This document shows, piece by piece, positions 26,267-38,670 of a stretch of 64,000 nucleotides of DNA (its first letter is position 1; the number at the start of each line of letters is the position of its first letter). The position numbers were made by a program, and so were the translations under genes. Under the pieces are notes generated by a model. The model did no database searches. It saw only the letters and a list, made by a program, of their open reading frames with translations, and was not told where the DNA came from. The DNA is from Eledone cirrhosa (lineage: Eukaryota). The stretch lies in NCBI GenBank assembly GCA_964016885.1, contig OZ024746.1, positions 62,682,001-62,746,000 of the forward strand, written 5' to 3'.

Positions 26267-26271
<5 letters not shown>
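26080..26271. repeat. TA-embedded insert ending in a 116-bp spacer-less palindrome containing a hammerhead 3' half
   Basis: 26156-26271, centre TGT|ACA at 26213/26214, one mismatch; GAAA-CGGCT-TGAGCTC-AGCCG-TC at 26229-26251. Confidence 0.88.
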
Positions 26272-26316
<45 letters not shown>

Positions 26317-26687
26317 CAAAAGGGATATTTAATTTGTTGGTAATTCAACAAATATATATGTTTATAACTGATTCGAAGCACTCGACAAGTTTTCCTACAA
26401 ACTGTTAATTCATTTTAAATTCACGTAAATACAAGATTTCTTTCTTTCTCTTTCTTCTTCCTACACATACATATATATATCCTAATAATTATTTAAATCT
26501 ACCTAGCGTCTAAAAATAACGTTTTTTTTTTCAGCCCTATACCTCAACCTCATTTGCATACTCATCTTAATAATTTGAAATATTTTACTTTTCTTCTCTT
26601 TCCCTTCTTTCCTTTTACTATTCAGGAAAAACTTGTACCGTTAAGATCTCCTTCCTGGATATGTCAATATTTATAAAACAAACTTTG

Positions 26688-26750
26688 TATTTTATCTGAT
26701 GAGGGCGTACCAAAGTTTTGGTAGCCTTGAAATATATATATAATAGAATA
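26688..26750 (+). ncRNA. Type I hammerhead ribozyme motif (Penelope-like/retrozyme-associated)
   Basis: Stem I TATTTTAT/ATAGAATA; core CTGATGA (26696); stem II GGC..TACCA(A)/(T)TGGTA..GCC closed by G-T; GAAA (26729); palindromic stem III TATATATA; AUA cleavage triplet ending 26742; AATAAA at 26747. Confidence 0.65.
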
Positions 26751-27619
26751 AATATGGTTTTATAAATATAGTTTCCATTTATTTAATATCATTGATATAT
26801 ATATATATATATATACATATATATAAAACAGTGCATTACATAAGCAAAGATTCAACAACAAAACTACTAGTGAACACACACACACAGACCTACAGTCCTA
26901 AAATTATATTGACAGATATAACCCAGAAATTCTATAGATAAATAGAAATGCATGTACGAACAACTGCACATAACTGCACATATGCATATGTCCACATACA
27001 ACACCTATACACACTGTAATCTCAAAATTATAGACATACCCAGAGGTAAACACACATTACTAAACACAGTTGTTGTTATTTAGACCCAGGTTGGCACTGT
27101 TCAAGCAGACCTATGATCGTGAGCATTTTAGCTAGCTACTGTGAACCACATTATATAATGTAGCCTTCTTTTCTAAGGTGGTAGGGTATGTTTTGAAGTG
27201 ATTCGGCTGGCTGCTATTTCTAGTAAATTGAGTAATCATACAGAATACACACACGCACACACTCACACACACATACACATACACGAATAAACACATATAC
27301 ATAAGTAAATTAAAAATTATATCAAGATATAATTAAATTAGATGTACACACACACACACACACACACAGGAAGACACACACACACACACACACATGGAAT
27401 ATTAAAAGTACCAACCGCAGAAAAATATATCTGTTACGATAAAACGAGATCAATATTGCAAGATTTGAGATCAATAGACAAATCTAAATAGAACTTGTGA
27501 ATGAGGGGGCATGTAACTAAATCAAGTGATTGAATAAATAAATATATCAACAAATGTATAAACAAAAGCAAAAAAAAAAAGGCAAGACAAAGCCAAAGAT
27601 ATAAATAAATATATGAATG

Positions 27620-28085
27620 GGCTGGGAGAAGAAGTGAGTGAGTGAGTAGTAGTAGTAGTATGAATGAATGGATGATTACTAGAGATTAGAGTGAATTAAT
27701 GAATGAATGAATGAATGAATGAGAAATATTAGAAGATATGGTGGAGGGGGGTCAGAGAAGAGAGACGGAGAGAGAGTTTGAGAGAGAGAGAGAGGGGGGA
27801 GAGAGTGTGAGAGGAGAGAGAGAAGAGAGAGTGTGAGAGGAGAGAGTGTGAGAGAAAGAGAGAGTCAGAGTAGACGAGAGAGAGAGAGACGGATGGAGAG
27901 AGGTGAGAGAGGAAGATGAGAGTAAGAGAGAGAGGTGAGAGTAAGAGATAAATAGATAGAGAGAGAGAAAGAGAAGGGGTGAGAGTCAGAGAAGAAGAAA
28001 GAGAGATAGGAAGAGAGGAAAGTCAGAGAAAAAGAGAGAGAAAAACATAGAGAGAGAAAATAGAGGATAGGAAGAGAGAAGACAT
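27620..28085. repeat. Purine-rich low-complexity tract: (GAAT)n, (GA)n
   Basis: Directly visible. Confidence 0.85.
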
Positions 28086-28432
28086 GCAGAAGCAAAATCT
28101 CCAAGAACAACAACTATATAGTGAATCAGTTCTAATTAATAGGAATTATTATGGTGGTGGTGGTGGTGGTGGTGGTGGTGGTGGTGATATTTACTACCAA
28201 CGAGAATGGTGTTCTTTTATTCTTTTACTGATTTCAGTCATTGTACTATGGCCATGGCAGGGCACAGGGTTAAAGAGTTTTGTCAATAACACCACCTCAT
28301 CCCCACCCTAGTATGTATTATATCATAGATACTTTTCAACCACTCACTACGTTATGGGATGTAAAGAGGCAACGACATGCACACAAATTATGGGCTTCTA
28401 CATAGTTTCCATCTACCAAATTCCAGGCACAT

Positions 28433-28764
28433 GGAGGCACATTGCTTAGTGGGTAGAGCATTGGCCTTGCAATCGAAAGGTTGTGAGTTCAATTCTCAGA
28501 CCGGGTGATGATGTGTTGTTTCCTCGAGCAAGACACTTTATTTCACATTGCTCCAGTTTACTCGGCTGTAGAAATGAGATGATAGGGACTGGGGTCCCTA
28601 TCATTCCACTGCAAAGTGGTCGTGGAGGTGCCACGGCAAAAAAGCACCCAACACTCACTGTAAATGAGGTTGGTGTTAGGAAGGGCATCCAGCTGTAGAA
28701 ATCAAGCCAGAATCAGTTCCCGTCCCACCCTTGCAAGCAGGGTAAAATGATGATGATGATGATG
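28433..28764 (+). mobile_element. SINE-A (one-unit variant) inserted into an older SINE fragment
   Basis: A/B boxes and (ATG)n tail. Flanks 28390-28425 and 28765-28810 join into the family also seen at 28846-28972. Confidence 0.88.
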
Positions 28765-28845
28765 GTAACTGGCCAACTAAAGGTTATAGCAGAAAATAAA
28801 TACTTGCCCACCCTACACACAAATCAAGTGTGTATGTGTACACAT

Positions 28846-28972
28846 TGACAAGCTTCCACATAGTTTCTTTCTACCAGAAATCACTGACAAGTTATTGATC
28901 AGACCTCGGCTAGGGTAGAAAACACTTGCCCAAGACACCATGTGGTGAGTTTGAACCAGAAACCATGTAGCC
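28846..28972 (-). mobile_element. Old CORE-like SINE fragment (also 6995-7080, 45128-45200, 45770-45848)
   Basis: Minus strand reads GGTTCAAAC..TCTTGGGCAAGTGTTTTCTAC..TAGCCGAGGTCTGA..CTTGT..GGTAGAAAGAAACTATGTGGAAGC. Confidence 0.6.
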
Positions 28973-30672
28973 ACAAAATGATATATGTGGGAAATGTTAT
29001 GGGATGTGGGTGTTTGTGTGTGTGATGCATACATGTGAGACGTGAGTACATGTGTGAGAATGTTCACGTGGTTGTGTGATGTATGCATGTGGGAGGTGCA
29101 TACATATATGTATGGGAAGTGTTGTGAAGTGCATGTGGGGAAATGTTGTGAGGTGTGTGTGATGTACACATGTAAGGGGGTGCTTGAATGTGTGAGTGCA
29201 TGTATGTGTGTGTTTGTCTGGAGTGTGTATGATAGTGTATGTCTGCATATATGCATGTAAGAGGTGTGTGTGTGTGTGTGTGCATGTGTGAATGAATGTG
29301 TGTATGAACGTGAGTGTGTGCTATTATTCAATTATTCTAATGAATCCATATCAAGTTATAATGCTAGTTGGTGTCTGGCTACATGTTAAATCGGAGTGGA
29401 TATCATCTAATTATGTTGTGTATGTGAGAGAGATGTCTGTGTATGCAGCAATATCATGTATCTATGTACACACACACACATCCACTTGAGTATCAGCAAA
29501 AAACTTATAATAAAATGGATATGGATCTAATGATAACATAATTCAAATTTAAGTACTTACATATTAAATACTATATACAACCATAAATATCTGGATCGAG
29601 AACTTTTAAACACACACACCATCACCATCACCACCACCACCACCACCATCATCATCATCTGCTTTCCTTGCTAACAAGGGTTCGATGGGTCTTCATAGTC
29701 TGAGTCAGTATTGAAGTGGAGCTACCGACCTCCCCGGCAGGCCAAGGCGGGAGGGAGGCATTGCGCTTATGTACAGTCCCACATTCTATCAAGTGCATTT
29801 TGTTGTAGCACCAGCATAAGAGGGGTTGCCATGTCTCAAAACGTTTAGGCACGGTCTCTACAGCAGTGTGCCCTTCCTGTCACCAACCACCTTGCAGGGC
29901 ATACCAGGTGCATTTTTGTGGCACCAGCACTAAAGCGGCTGTTGGTCATTGCTCACAACTGAAGTGCCCTCTCTGCTCCGGATGTGGTGGTTGGGAGGGC
30001 CAGAGGAGACGGGACATAGGTATAAAGTTATGGATGTTCAGCAAGTGGGGTATGATTTGACAAGGTGAAGGGGTAACTTTTTATAGCATAGGTGAAGAGG
30101 GGGTGTGGTGGTGAGAATATCTAAACAGAGATACTGGTGATAGAGGGGATGTTGTTGTCAATAGCATGGAAAGTAAATGGAAACAACACAGCAAAACAAT
30201 ATGGTACAAAGAAAATATATATTAGTTTAATGCTTGATAAAGTAGGCAAAATTCATAACATTTCAGACATTAATCCTTCATCAGAATATAGAATGAGAAA
30301 TAAAAGAAACAGAAAGATAGGGGGCGGGTGAGAAGAGGAAAAATGAGGAGAGGGACATGTGCGTGATTAGTTAGCCATATATAAAGTCTTGAAGGGATTT
30401 AGTTGATCACATCAACCCCAATACCTATTTTTTCAATGGTTTGTATTAATTTCTATCAACCAGAGAAGTTATGGATGGGACAAACAAACAGAGACTAGAA
30501 GCACATACGCATAGACAATGGGTTCTGTATATCCTGTTTCAAACAAACTATACCACTGCATGTTATAAGAGTTAACTAAAAGGCATCCAGTTGTAAAACA
30601 TTGCTTAAAAAGGTTTCTATGGTCAACATAACATCTCTTCAGCAAGGAAAATGACCTCAAACACTTTGTGTG

Positions 30673-31530
30673 CATCATCATCACCGTTTTAAGTCCGTTC
30701 TTCCACGCTAGCATGGGTTAGACGGGTTGCCCTGTTGTGGGCAGTGTCTGGTCGGCTGACCATGCCTTGCTCATACAGGAACTGATTTGGCTTGATTTCT
30801 ACAGCTGGATGCCCTTCCTAACACCAACCTCATTTACAGTGAGTGCTGGGTGCTTTTTCGTGGCGCCTACACGCCCACTTTACAGTGTGGGCTGGGTGCT
30901 TTTTTGTTGTGGCACCTCCACGACCACATTGTGGTGGGGGGTGTGGGGGCATATTGTCTATATGCTTCAGCTTGTACCCATGGGAGGTCGGGTACTCTGT
31001 ATTACTGCGTGACGCCTTTGAGAGGTGTAATTGGGTAAGGTCGGCTTTTATCACCTCATCCCAGGTCATCTTGGGTCTCCCCACTCCGCGGTTTCCATCG
31101 ACATCTAGTGCTCTGGACCTTTTTATGCAGCTGTCATCCTTCATACGCATCACATGTCCATACCAGCGCAACCGCCTCTCCTGCACACAGCATTTGATTC
31201 CTCTTATGCTCAGTCTCTCTCAATTCATTTATGCTTTGTCGTTCACATATATTACTGTTACACATCCATTGGAGCATGCAGGCTTCGTTTCTCTCTAATC
31301 TACGTAAGTCTTCCACCTTCAGCGCCCAGGTCTCACTACCATGCAACATCGCTGTTCGGATACACGCATCATAGTCTGCCTTTCATTCTGAGGGAGAAGC
31401 CTTTTGCAGCTAGCAGTGGTAGTAGTTCCCTAAACTTCTTCCATCCCATTATTACCCTAGTTATTGTACTTTCTGAACACCCACCTCCGCTGCTAATTCG
31501 GTCACCTAGGTAGCAGAAGCTGTCTACTGT
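30673..31530 (-). mobile_element. RTE-B 5'-truncated copy with small deletions/frameshifts
   Basis: Colinear with 53833-54726; ~26-bp deletion near 31016; (TA)n at the 5' junction. Confidence 0.92.
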
Positions 31531-31601
31531 ATATATATATAATATACAATATATATATATATTATATATATTCGGTCACCTAGGTAGCAGAAGCTGTCTA
31601 C

Positions 31602-31637
<36 letters not shown>

Positions 31638-31676
31638 CACACACACTACATATACATCATCATCTACACACACACA

Positions 31677-31753
31677 CAGGGTGTCTCAAAAAAATGTATA
31701 CACACTTTAATTAGAATGCTGTTGAAGTATGTATACATCTTTTTGGGACACCG
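31677..31753. mobile_element. Tc1/mariner-type mini-MITE
   Basis: TIR CAGGGTGTCTCAAAAAAATGTATACA / TGTATACATCTTTTTGGGACACCG followed by TA; related copy at 59347-59445. Confidence 0.7.
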
Positions 31754-32736
31754 TATATAAACACACACATATGTGGGTGCCCTTGTTTGTGTTTACATTT
31801 ACTAAATAATGTCCCATAATTTAGCAGTTCAACAAACAGATTAATAAAATAAGAACCAAGCATGAACAAATAGGCAATGGAGTTGATATGATCAACTAAA
31901 TCCTTTGAATGTGGTGCCCCAGCATGGCTGGGATCTAATGAGTGAAACCAGCAAAAGAATAAGAAATACACCAAAACACACCAATATAGAAACAAGGATA
32001 GAAAAAGGATCAAATAAGAAACGTGGAATGGAATGAAACACAAATGCAAAAACATCAAAGCAAAAGTATGAAGAAAAAATACTGCTTTAAATATTTTTAA
32101 AAGTCAACATTGTGAGTTTTATTACAAAAGTAAATAAAAATAGTCTAACTAGAAGAAAAACATAAAGTTAAAAGATTTGATATTTTTCAACAAAAAAATG
32201 CTTCCAAAACCAATTAAAATTATACAAAAGAGTAAAAGTCCAAATTCTGCTAGATCAAACACAGATGGTAAACCAATTTTGCCATATTTTCATTGAGTTG
32301 CTATGCAACAAAGTATAAATCAAATCAGATTTGTAATATATCAAGCAGAATGAAATTTGTGTAGGAAAGAAGTAACAATGATCGATAGAATATATATACA
32401 ATAATATAGAAACATGGAGAGAAAAAGAATGAGTAAGAAAAGAGAAAACGGTGTATGATATGGAATAGCAAGGCAATCAGTGATCCAACTGTTAAGTGCA
32501 GTTAGCACTTATATAAATAAAATACAATAAAATGATAAACCACAGTTTGCAGACAGACAGAAAATCACAAAACAGTTGAATTTATTGACCTCATTTTGAT
32601 ATTCCTTATAGATATAGTTAGATAAACATATATATATATGTGTGTCTGGGGATGGTTTGACACAATTTTGTGTTCCTTTTGTTAAAAAAAAATCCACTCA
32701 AGTGCTCAATACACAACTGTAGAGCATTATATACAG

Positions 32737-32813
32737 GATGAATGGAAGTGGATTGGCAGTATCGATAGAGGGCCGGATGTCATGCTTTGCAGCAGAGAAA
32801 CAATTATATACAG
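32737..32813 (+). mobile_element. Internally deleted mini SINE-B with TSD
   Basis: Head GTGGATTGGCAGTATCGATAGAGG..ATGCTTTGCAGCA fused directly to tail AGAAACAATTAT; ATTATATACAG at 32726 and 32803. Confidence 0.7.
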
Positions 32814-34438
32814 AGTAAGTCATAAGTAACTGGGAAGTCCAACATTTATATTCCAAATGATATTTACTAAAATTCTGGTTATACATTATGAAATTATAAA
32901 TACATCAAACAAAAATAGTTTTAAAAATTTAACTATGGCTGATCACACACAACTAAGCAGATGTTCAAGAAGTTATCTGTGAGACACGCAATAAAAATGC
33001 ATTGACTGACCGGTTATATATGACTCACCCTCTGGGTATATGTGCGTGTGTATATATAGAGATATTATGATTATTAATGCAGATCATTGATATTATATGT
33101 CAACGGTCCCCGGCCAACATCTAGCTCACTCAATGAATCTGACAAATTGCAGTAATGCAACTGCAACTAGCTGTTCAGAGTGCACACATTTTAGTTAATA
33201 GCAGGTGCAGTGGCTGTGTTTATATATATATATATATATATACAGTTTACTACTGTATTTTGTGTGTTGGGTCTTGGTTGGTTTCAGTTTATTGTAGTTG
33301 TTTACTACTATTTTGTTGTTGAGTGGGGTTGTGAGAGAAACAAATTTATAAATATATAATATATATGCCTTCTACAATACACACCATATAAGGGGTTGAG
33401 CATAGATAGATATCCTGACAATATCTTGTAGTTATAATTCACCATTGTTCCTCCTCTTACTGAAGTCAATAGAGACAAGGGAAGGTAACCCATTAAGTGT
33501 TACCTCTATTTATCAGGTGTCAATCACTCAAGTGACACTCTATGACACCAATGTAGACTTCAGATATATATGCCCCACCTACAGTAGTCTTACAGCCAAC
33601 ATGTATGATATTTAAACTCACTTTCTTTATAAGTTACAGAGATAATTTTTGTCACATTTGATTGTGTAATATACAGATATGCCATAGAATCCCAGTGTGT
33701 GTGTGTAGATGTGTGTCCATATGTATGCTTGCTTCACGTGTTCATGTCCTTATAAATCACATACGCATGCATGCTCACATGTGTGTGCATATGTGCATGC
33801 TTGTATGTGCTTGAATATGTATGAAAGCTTTGCATGTTCATGTCTTTAGATGTTGCATGTAATCATATATGCATGCTCACATGTCTATGCACATTTATGT
33901 ATGTATGCACGCACATATGCAGATACACACAATGACATGTACAGTCTAAAAACAAAAATACAGGAATCTTTACAAAACATGATATGAATTATTCATAAGA
34001 CGCACAGAGTGCATGTGTTTAAACAGCCTGGGGGCCTCAGCCTGCACACACAATGGAGAGAAGCAAGTAAACTGATGATTGAGTCTATAACCACACTAGA
34101 TGTACAGAAAGATAGAATACAAAATAAGTGTAACTTCTTCCCAATAAGTAGCCAATAACCTGGATGAGTTCTCAATGAGAATAGGTCCATAGTCAAAGCA
34201 AATACCGCAACAGAGAAGTTCAATTCACTGTTTATTTGAGTACAAGATATATTATTATATATTGTGCACAAGATATTGTTATATATTGGGTTGGGATGGG
34301 GGAGAAATACATAATAATTCTGTATGAATTTAAGAATACTTTACAGTCAAATCACATGCAGAAATTACTGATGCAAAGATTTGTGTCCAAAGCCAAAGTC
34401 AAAATATCCAAAAGACCTGCCAAATATTCTCATTGCTT

Positions 34439-34923
34439 TTAACCCTTTCATTACCATATTTCTAATGAAATATGTTGCATGTTTCATTTAATTTTGAAAA
34501 TAGAAATTTTCAAGGAATTTAAATAACTAACTCATTTGTTATTAAGCTGATGCTTGGAGCATTACAAAATGTTTTCGATAACATTATTATGGAAAATGTT
34601 GAGGGCAGTGGATTGGAAGTATCGCTAGAGGGTTGGACGCCATGCTTTGCAGCAAAGAATTACAGCTCTTTATGATCTGAGCTCAAATCGCGCCGAGGTT
34701 AACTTTGCCTTTCATCCTTATAGGGTCGATAAAATAAAGTACCAGTCACGCATTGGGGTCGATTTAATCGACTTTCCCCTCACCCCAAATTACTGTCCTT
34801 GTGCCTATATAAGAAACCATTATTATGAAAAATGTTAATAAAAAGAATATGAAGATTTTAAAATAGGCAATTTGTATGATAAAACCAGCGCCATTTCAAG
34901 CAGGTTGGCATGAAAAGGGTTAA
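34439..34923 (+). mobile_element. MITE family 2 interrupted by full-length SINE-B (34603-34826)
   Basis: TTAACCCTTTCATTACC ... GGCATGAAAAGGGTTAA; SINE TSD CATTATTATG(G/A)AAAATGTT at 34582 and 34818. Confidence 0.85.
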
Positions 34924-35619
34924 AATGTGATCAAGAGGTTTTAACTATTAACTATTAGGACAACTTGACTACAATAAAGGAATGTTAAATCATGTCAAGC
35001 TAGTGAACAGGGAAAAGGGTGAATATACTCTTTATTAACCCTCTTGATACCAACCTGCCCAAAACTGCTTCTGGTTCTGTGAAACAAAAACCACCCTTTT
35101 TAAAGGGTTTCCATTAAAATTAAAACTTTCCAAGATAATCATACTTTTAAGTTATATTACATACACCTTATTGATAATGAAATAAAAACTAGTAAAATCT
35201 CTCCAAATACTTCAATACCTAATTCAAAAACAGTGAATTTCTTTAGAAGTACAGAAATAAAAGTGTTAAGCAAATGGAAAATACTTTTTATATTTAATTT
35301 CAGAGCTATCCTATTGAGGTTCTTCTCTCTGAAAAAGGTTTTTGCTGCGAAAAACAAAACTTCAATACTTATGTCACTCTGCAGCATACAAACTTACCAA
35401 ATATTCCATGTGTATTTTTAAAACTTAGTTTGTACACAAAAACTGAGGACATATATGAAAAGTAAAAAGACAATATAGGACTTTATATATCTCCCTTCAG
35501 TTGTGTCAAGGAATTGACAACCTCTCTAGTGCTGGTGCCACGATAAAATGCACCTACTACACACTGTAAAGTGGTTGGCAATGGGAGGAGCATCCAGTCA
35601 TAAAAAAAGTTCTTTGCCC

Positions 35620-36010
35620 ACTTATTCCTGTGATGGTTGTGGAGGCAGAGTCCTCAAACACTCCTCCCAGCAGATCCTGTCAGAAACAACCATGTTCAGA
35701 TAAATCCCCAAGCGAGACCAGCCGAGCTCATGGATATTATCCAACCATCTTGCTCAGAGTGTACCCCTGGGTCTCCTGCCGGTTGGTTTTGCCTATAAAA
35801 TCTGTCCAACGATTCTTTCCTGAGACATTCTAACCACATGTCCATAATATTGGAGCTGTGATCTCTCAATTTGGAGAAATAGCGACTCTACCTGGAGCAA
35901 CTATCTGATCTAAGTACCTTATTGAATAATGATACTTCAAAGACTCTTCGGAGGAAGCCTATTTCAGCCACTTGTATTCGCAATCATATTCTTTTGGTCA
36001 TTACCCAAGA
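35620..36010 (-). mobile_element. Old RTE (Expander-like) 3' ORF fragment, decayed
   Basis: SWVMTKRI*LRIQVAEIGFLRRV..IERSQLQYYGHVVRM..PTGRRPRG..RWLDNIHELGWSRLGI with in-frame stops. Confidence 0.8.
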
Positions 36011-36022
36011 TTATATAGCCAA

Positions 36023-36451
36023 TTAACCCTTTTGTTATATTTCTAAAGGAAGACACTGCTTGATTATTTTCAAAATAATCAAGAATTTGCAAGGACTTAG
36101 TAATACATTAAGCTGCTGTTTGGAACATAATTGTTTCTACTTTTGGCACAAGGCCATCAATTATCCAGTACATTACTGGTACTTTATTTTATCGACGCCG
36201 TATGGATGAAAGGCAAAGTTAACCTCGGCGGGATTTGAACTCAGACCGCAAAGGGACGTAACTATGCTGGAAAGTATGGCGTACAACCCTCTACCGATAC
36301 TGCCAATCCACCTGCTGTTTGGAACATAATAAAAGTTCTTAGATAAAATTCAGATGGAAAACTTTTAGATAAATATAGACACATTAAAATTTACAAATTT
36401 ATACAAAAGAACCAAGGATGGTTTCAAACAGTTTGACATCAAAAGAGTTAA
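36023..36451 (+). mobile_element. MITE family 2 interrupted by SINE-B (36131-36311, minus)
   Basis: TTAACCCTTTTG...CAAAAGAGTTAA; 19-bp TSD CTGCTGTTTGGAACATAAT at 36113 and 36312. Confidence 0.85.
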
Positions 36452-37930
36452 GCCAACTGCATTATTATATCAATACACACTATCACACCTTTTGACATAT
36501 GAAAATGTTTACCCAGACTCAGATTTCAAACTTTAAAAATGTTTCATGCTATCTCTATTAGACATAGTCAGCTGGACATAATATTTGGTAATTTTACTTT
36601 ATGATGATGTTTAAGGACTGAAATTATAAAATTCAGGGTAGAACTTGACCATAAGGCAAGTTTGGTTAAGCAATTTACATTCCATTCAATACATGGTTTT
36701 GTGCTGTGTGACTGAAGAAGAATGACTACAACAGACTGGCACAATTGGGCTCCATTAAATGACTGTCACAGTGGAACACATTCAAACATTGTTTTCATGT
36801 GTCCAGATTGCACTGGCATTTCCCATAATGTATCATATCTTTTCTACTGTACATTTAATCTTTACTGACCACAAAGCAGCCTACACATGGACGCATCTCC
36901 ACACACACACACCAGAGAATGCGCCCCCACATACCAGAAAATGCTTCCCAACACACACTAAAGAACACTCCACCACACTGCTTGGGTCCACAATATCAGG
37001 GTAGCAATGCTGACACATAAAACGGGACACATAACCATATGTATTTATATAATTACATTTCTTTTCACTGAACAGTTGTATGCGATGAACACACATCCTA
37101 AGAAACTGTTTTATCTAAAATATACTGTTGCTATGTAACAATAACCCCAGAAAACTGGCAGAATTGCTTCAACAGAAAATACAACATTGAACTTCTATTG
37201 GGGCAACCACAACAACAGGACTGAAATTTTATAAAAGCATCATATGAGAAACAGGAAGCAGTGGCTTGGATGCCTTTCTTGAAGGTAGACATTGGTCATT
37301 TAAATGTAAACTGTTCCAAGTAAAGAAAAAAAATAAACATTCCCTCTAGTTTTTCTTGGAGGCAGCAGGGTGCGGGGGGGGGGGGGGGGGGGGGCATAAA
37401 CTCTTGTAGGTTTCCAGGCATCTTATTAATATCAACTTTACCTATTTTATTCATAAGTTCAGCCTCACCCCACTTCCAACTCTGCAAAAGAAGTGTGGCA
37501 AAGGTGGAATAAATAAATATCCTCCTTGGTGGAGAGGTGCGAGGACAAAGGAAACAGAGAGACAATGAAAGGATAAGGGAAGGGCACAGCACTACAGCAA
37601 ATAAAACTAGGGTAGAAGATAGGAACAGTAGAGGGGGAGACAGAGTGGGGGAGGGGGAATTACTGACAGCTATCCATGACAAACCTTTTCATGCATAACC
37701 TCCCTCCAACACCCCCAAACATTATCACAAGCACTACCAACATCATCAGCACCACCCCAATTTTGGCAAGACAAGCCAGTGCTGTTCATTGTCATACTGC
37801 TTGCTCCCTCCCTCTGCTCCTGTGGGTGGGAGGAGCGGTGCACAGTTGAAGACAGAGGAACACACATACATTCTCCGCCCTTTCTTTCCCTCCCTAAATA
37901 AGTAAGAGAGGAGAGAGAACCGAAAAAGAG

Positions 37931-37944
37931 GTAGCCATAGCAAC
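37931..37944. promoter_or_regulatory. RFX X-box consensus match
   Basis: GTAGCC-AT-AGCAAC fits GTNRCC(N0-3)RGYAAC; near-matches at 37127, 38749 and 38779. Confidence 0.35.
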
Positions 37945-38009
37945 AGAAACAGACAGTAGCATGTGCTCACATCTGCAATGGGGAATACATTCAGTCTGAA
38001 GATGTAGAG

Positions 38010-38043
<34 letters not shown>

Positions 38044-38400
38044 TCATATATACACTCATAAACACATGCACATATGTAAATGCATATACACACAGACACT
38101 CACACATACAAATGCCACATACACACATGCATGTGGCATTTGTATGTATACATAGAAATATCCAAAGTCAGAAACAAGATCATACAGATAATGGTAACAC
38201 ACTGACACACACACACACACACATACAAACACAGTCACACACACCAACACAGACACACACACACACCAACACACTGACACACACACCAACATGGTAACAC
38301 ACACAAACACTGACACTGACACACACACCAACATGCAAACTCTGACAGACGTACACAAAGACAAAGAATTTTTCTAAAAATTTAAATCTTCACCTTCACA

Positions 38401-38670
<270 letters not shown>

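Noticed and set aside
26699-26730. Mariner TIR (ATGAGGG..) like that at 39812
   Set aside because: No flanking TA, partner TIR or transposase; the hammerhead reading explains all surrounding bases.
28433-28505. tRNA gene
   Set aside because: A/B boxes present but no proper cloverleaf, and it runs into a SINE core and tail in every copy.
34072-34112. CTGATGA...GAAA hammerhead candidate
   Set aside because: No stem II or stem III pairing.
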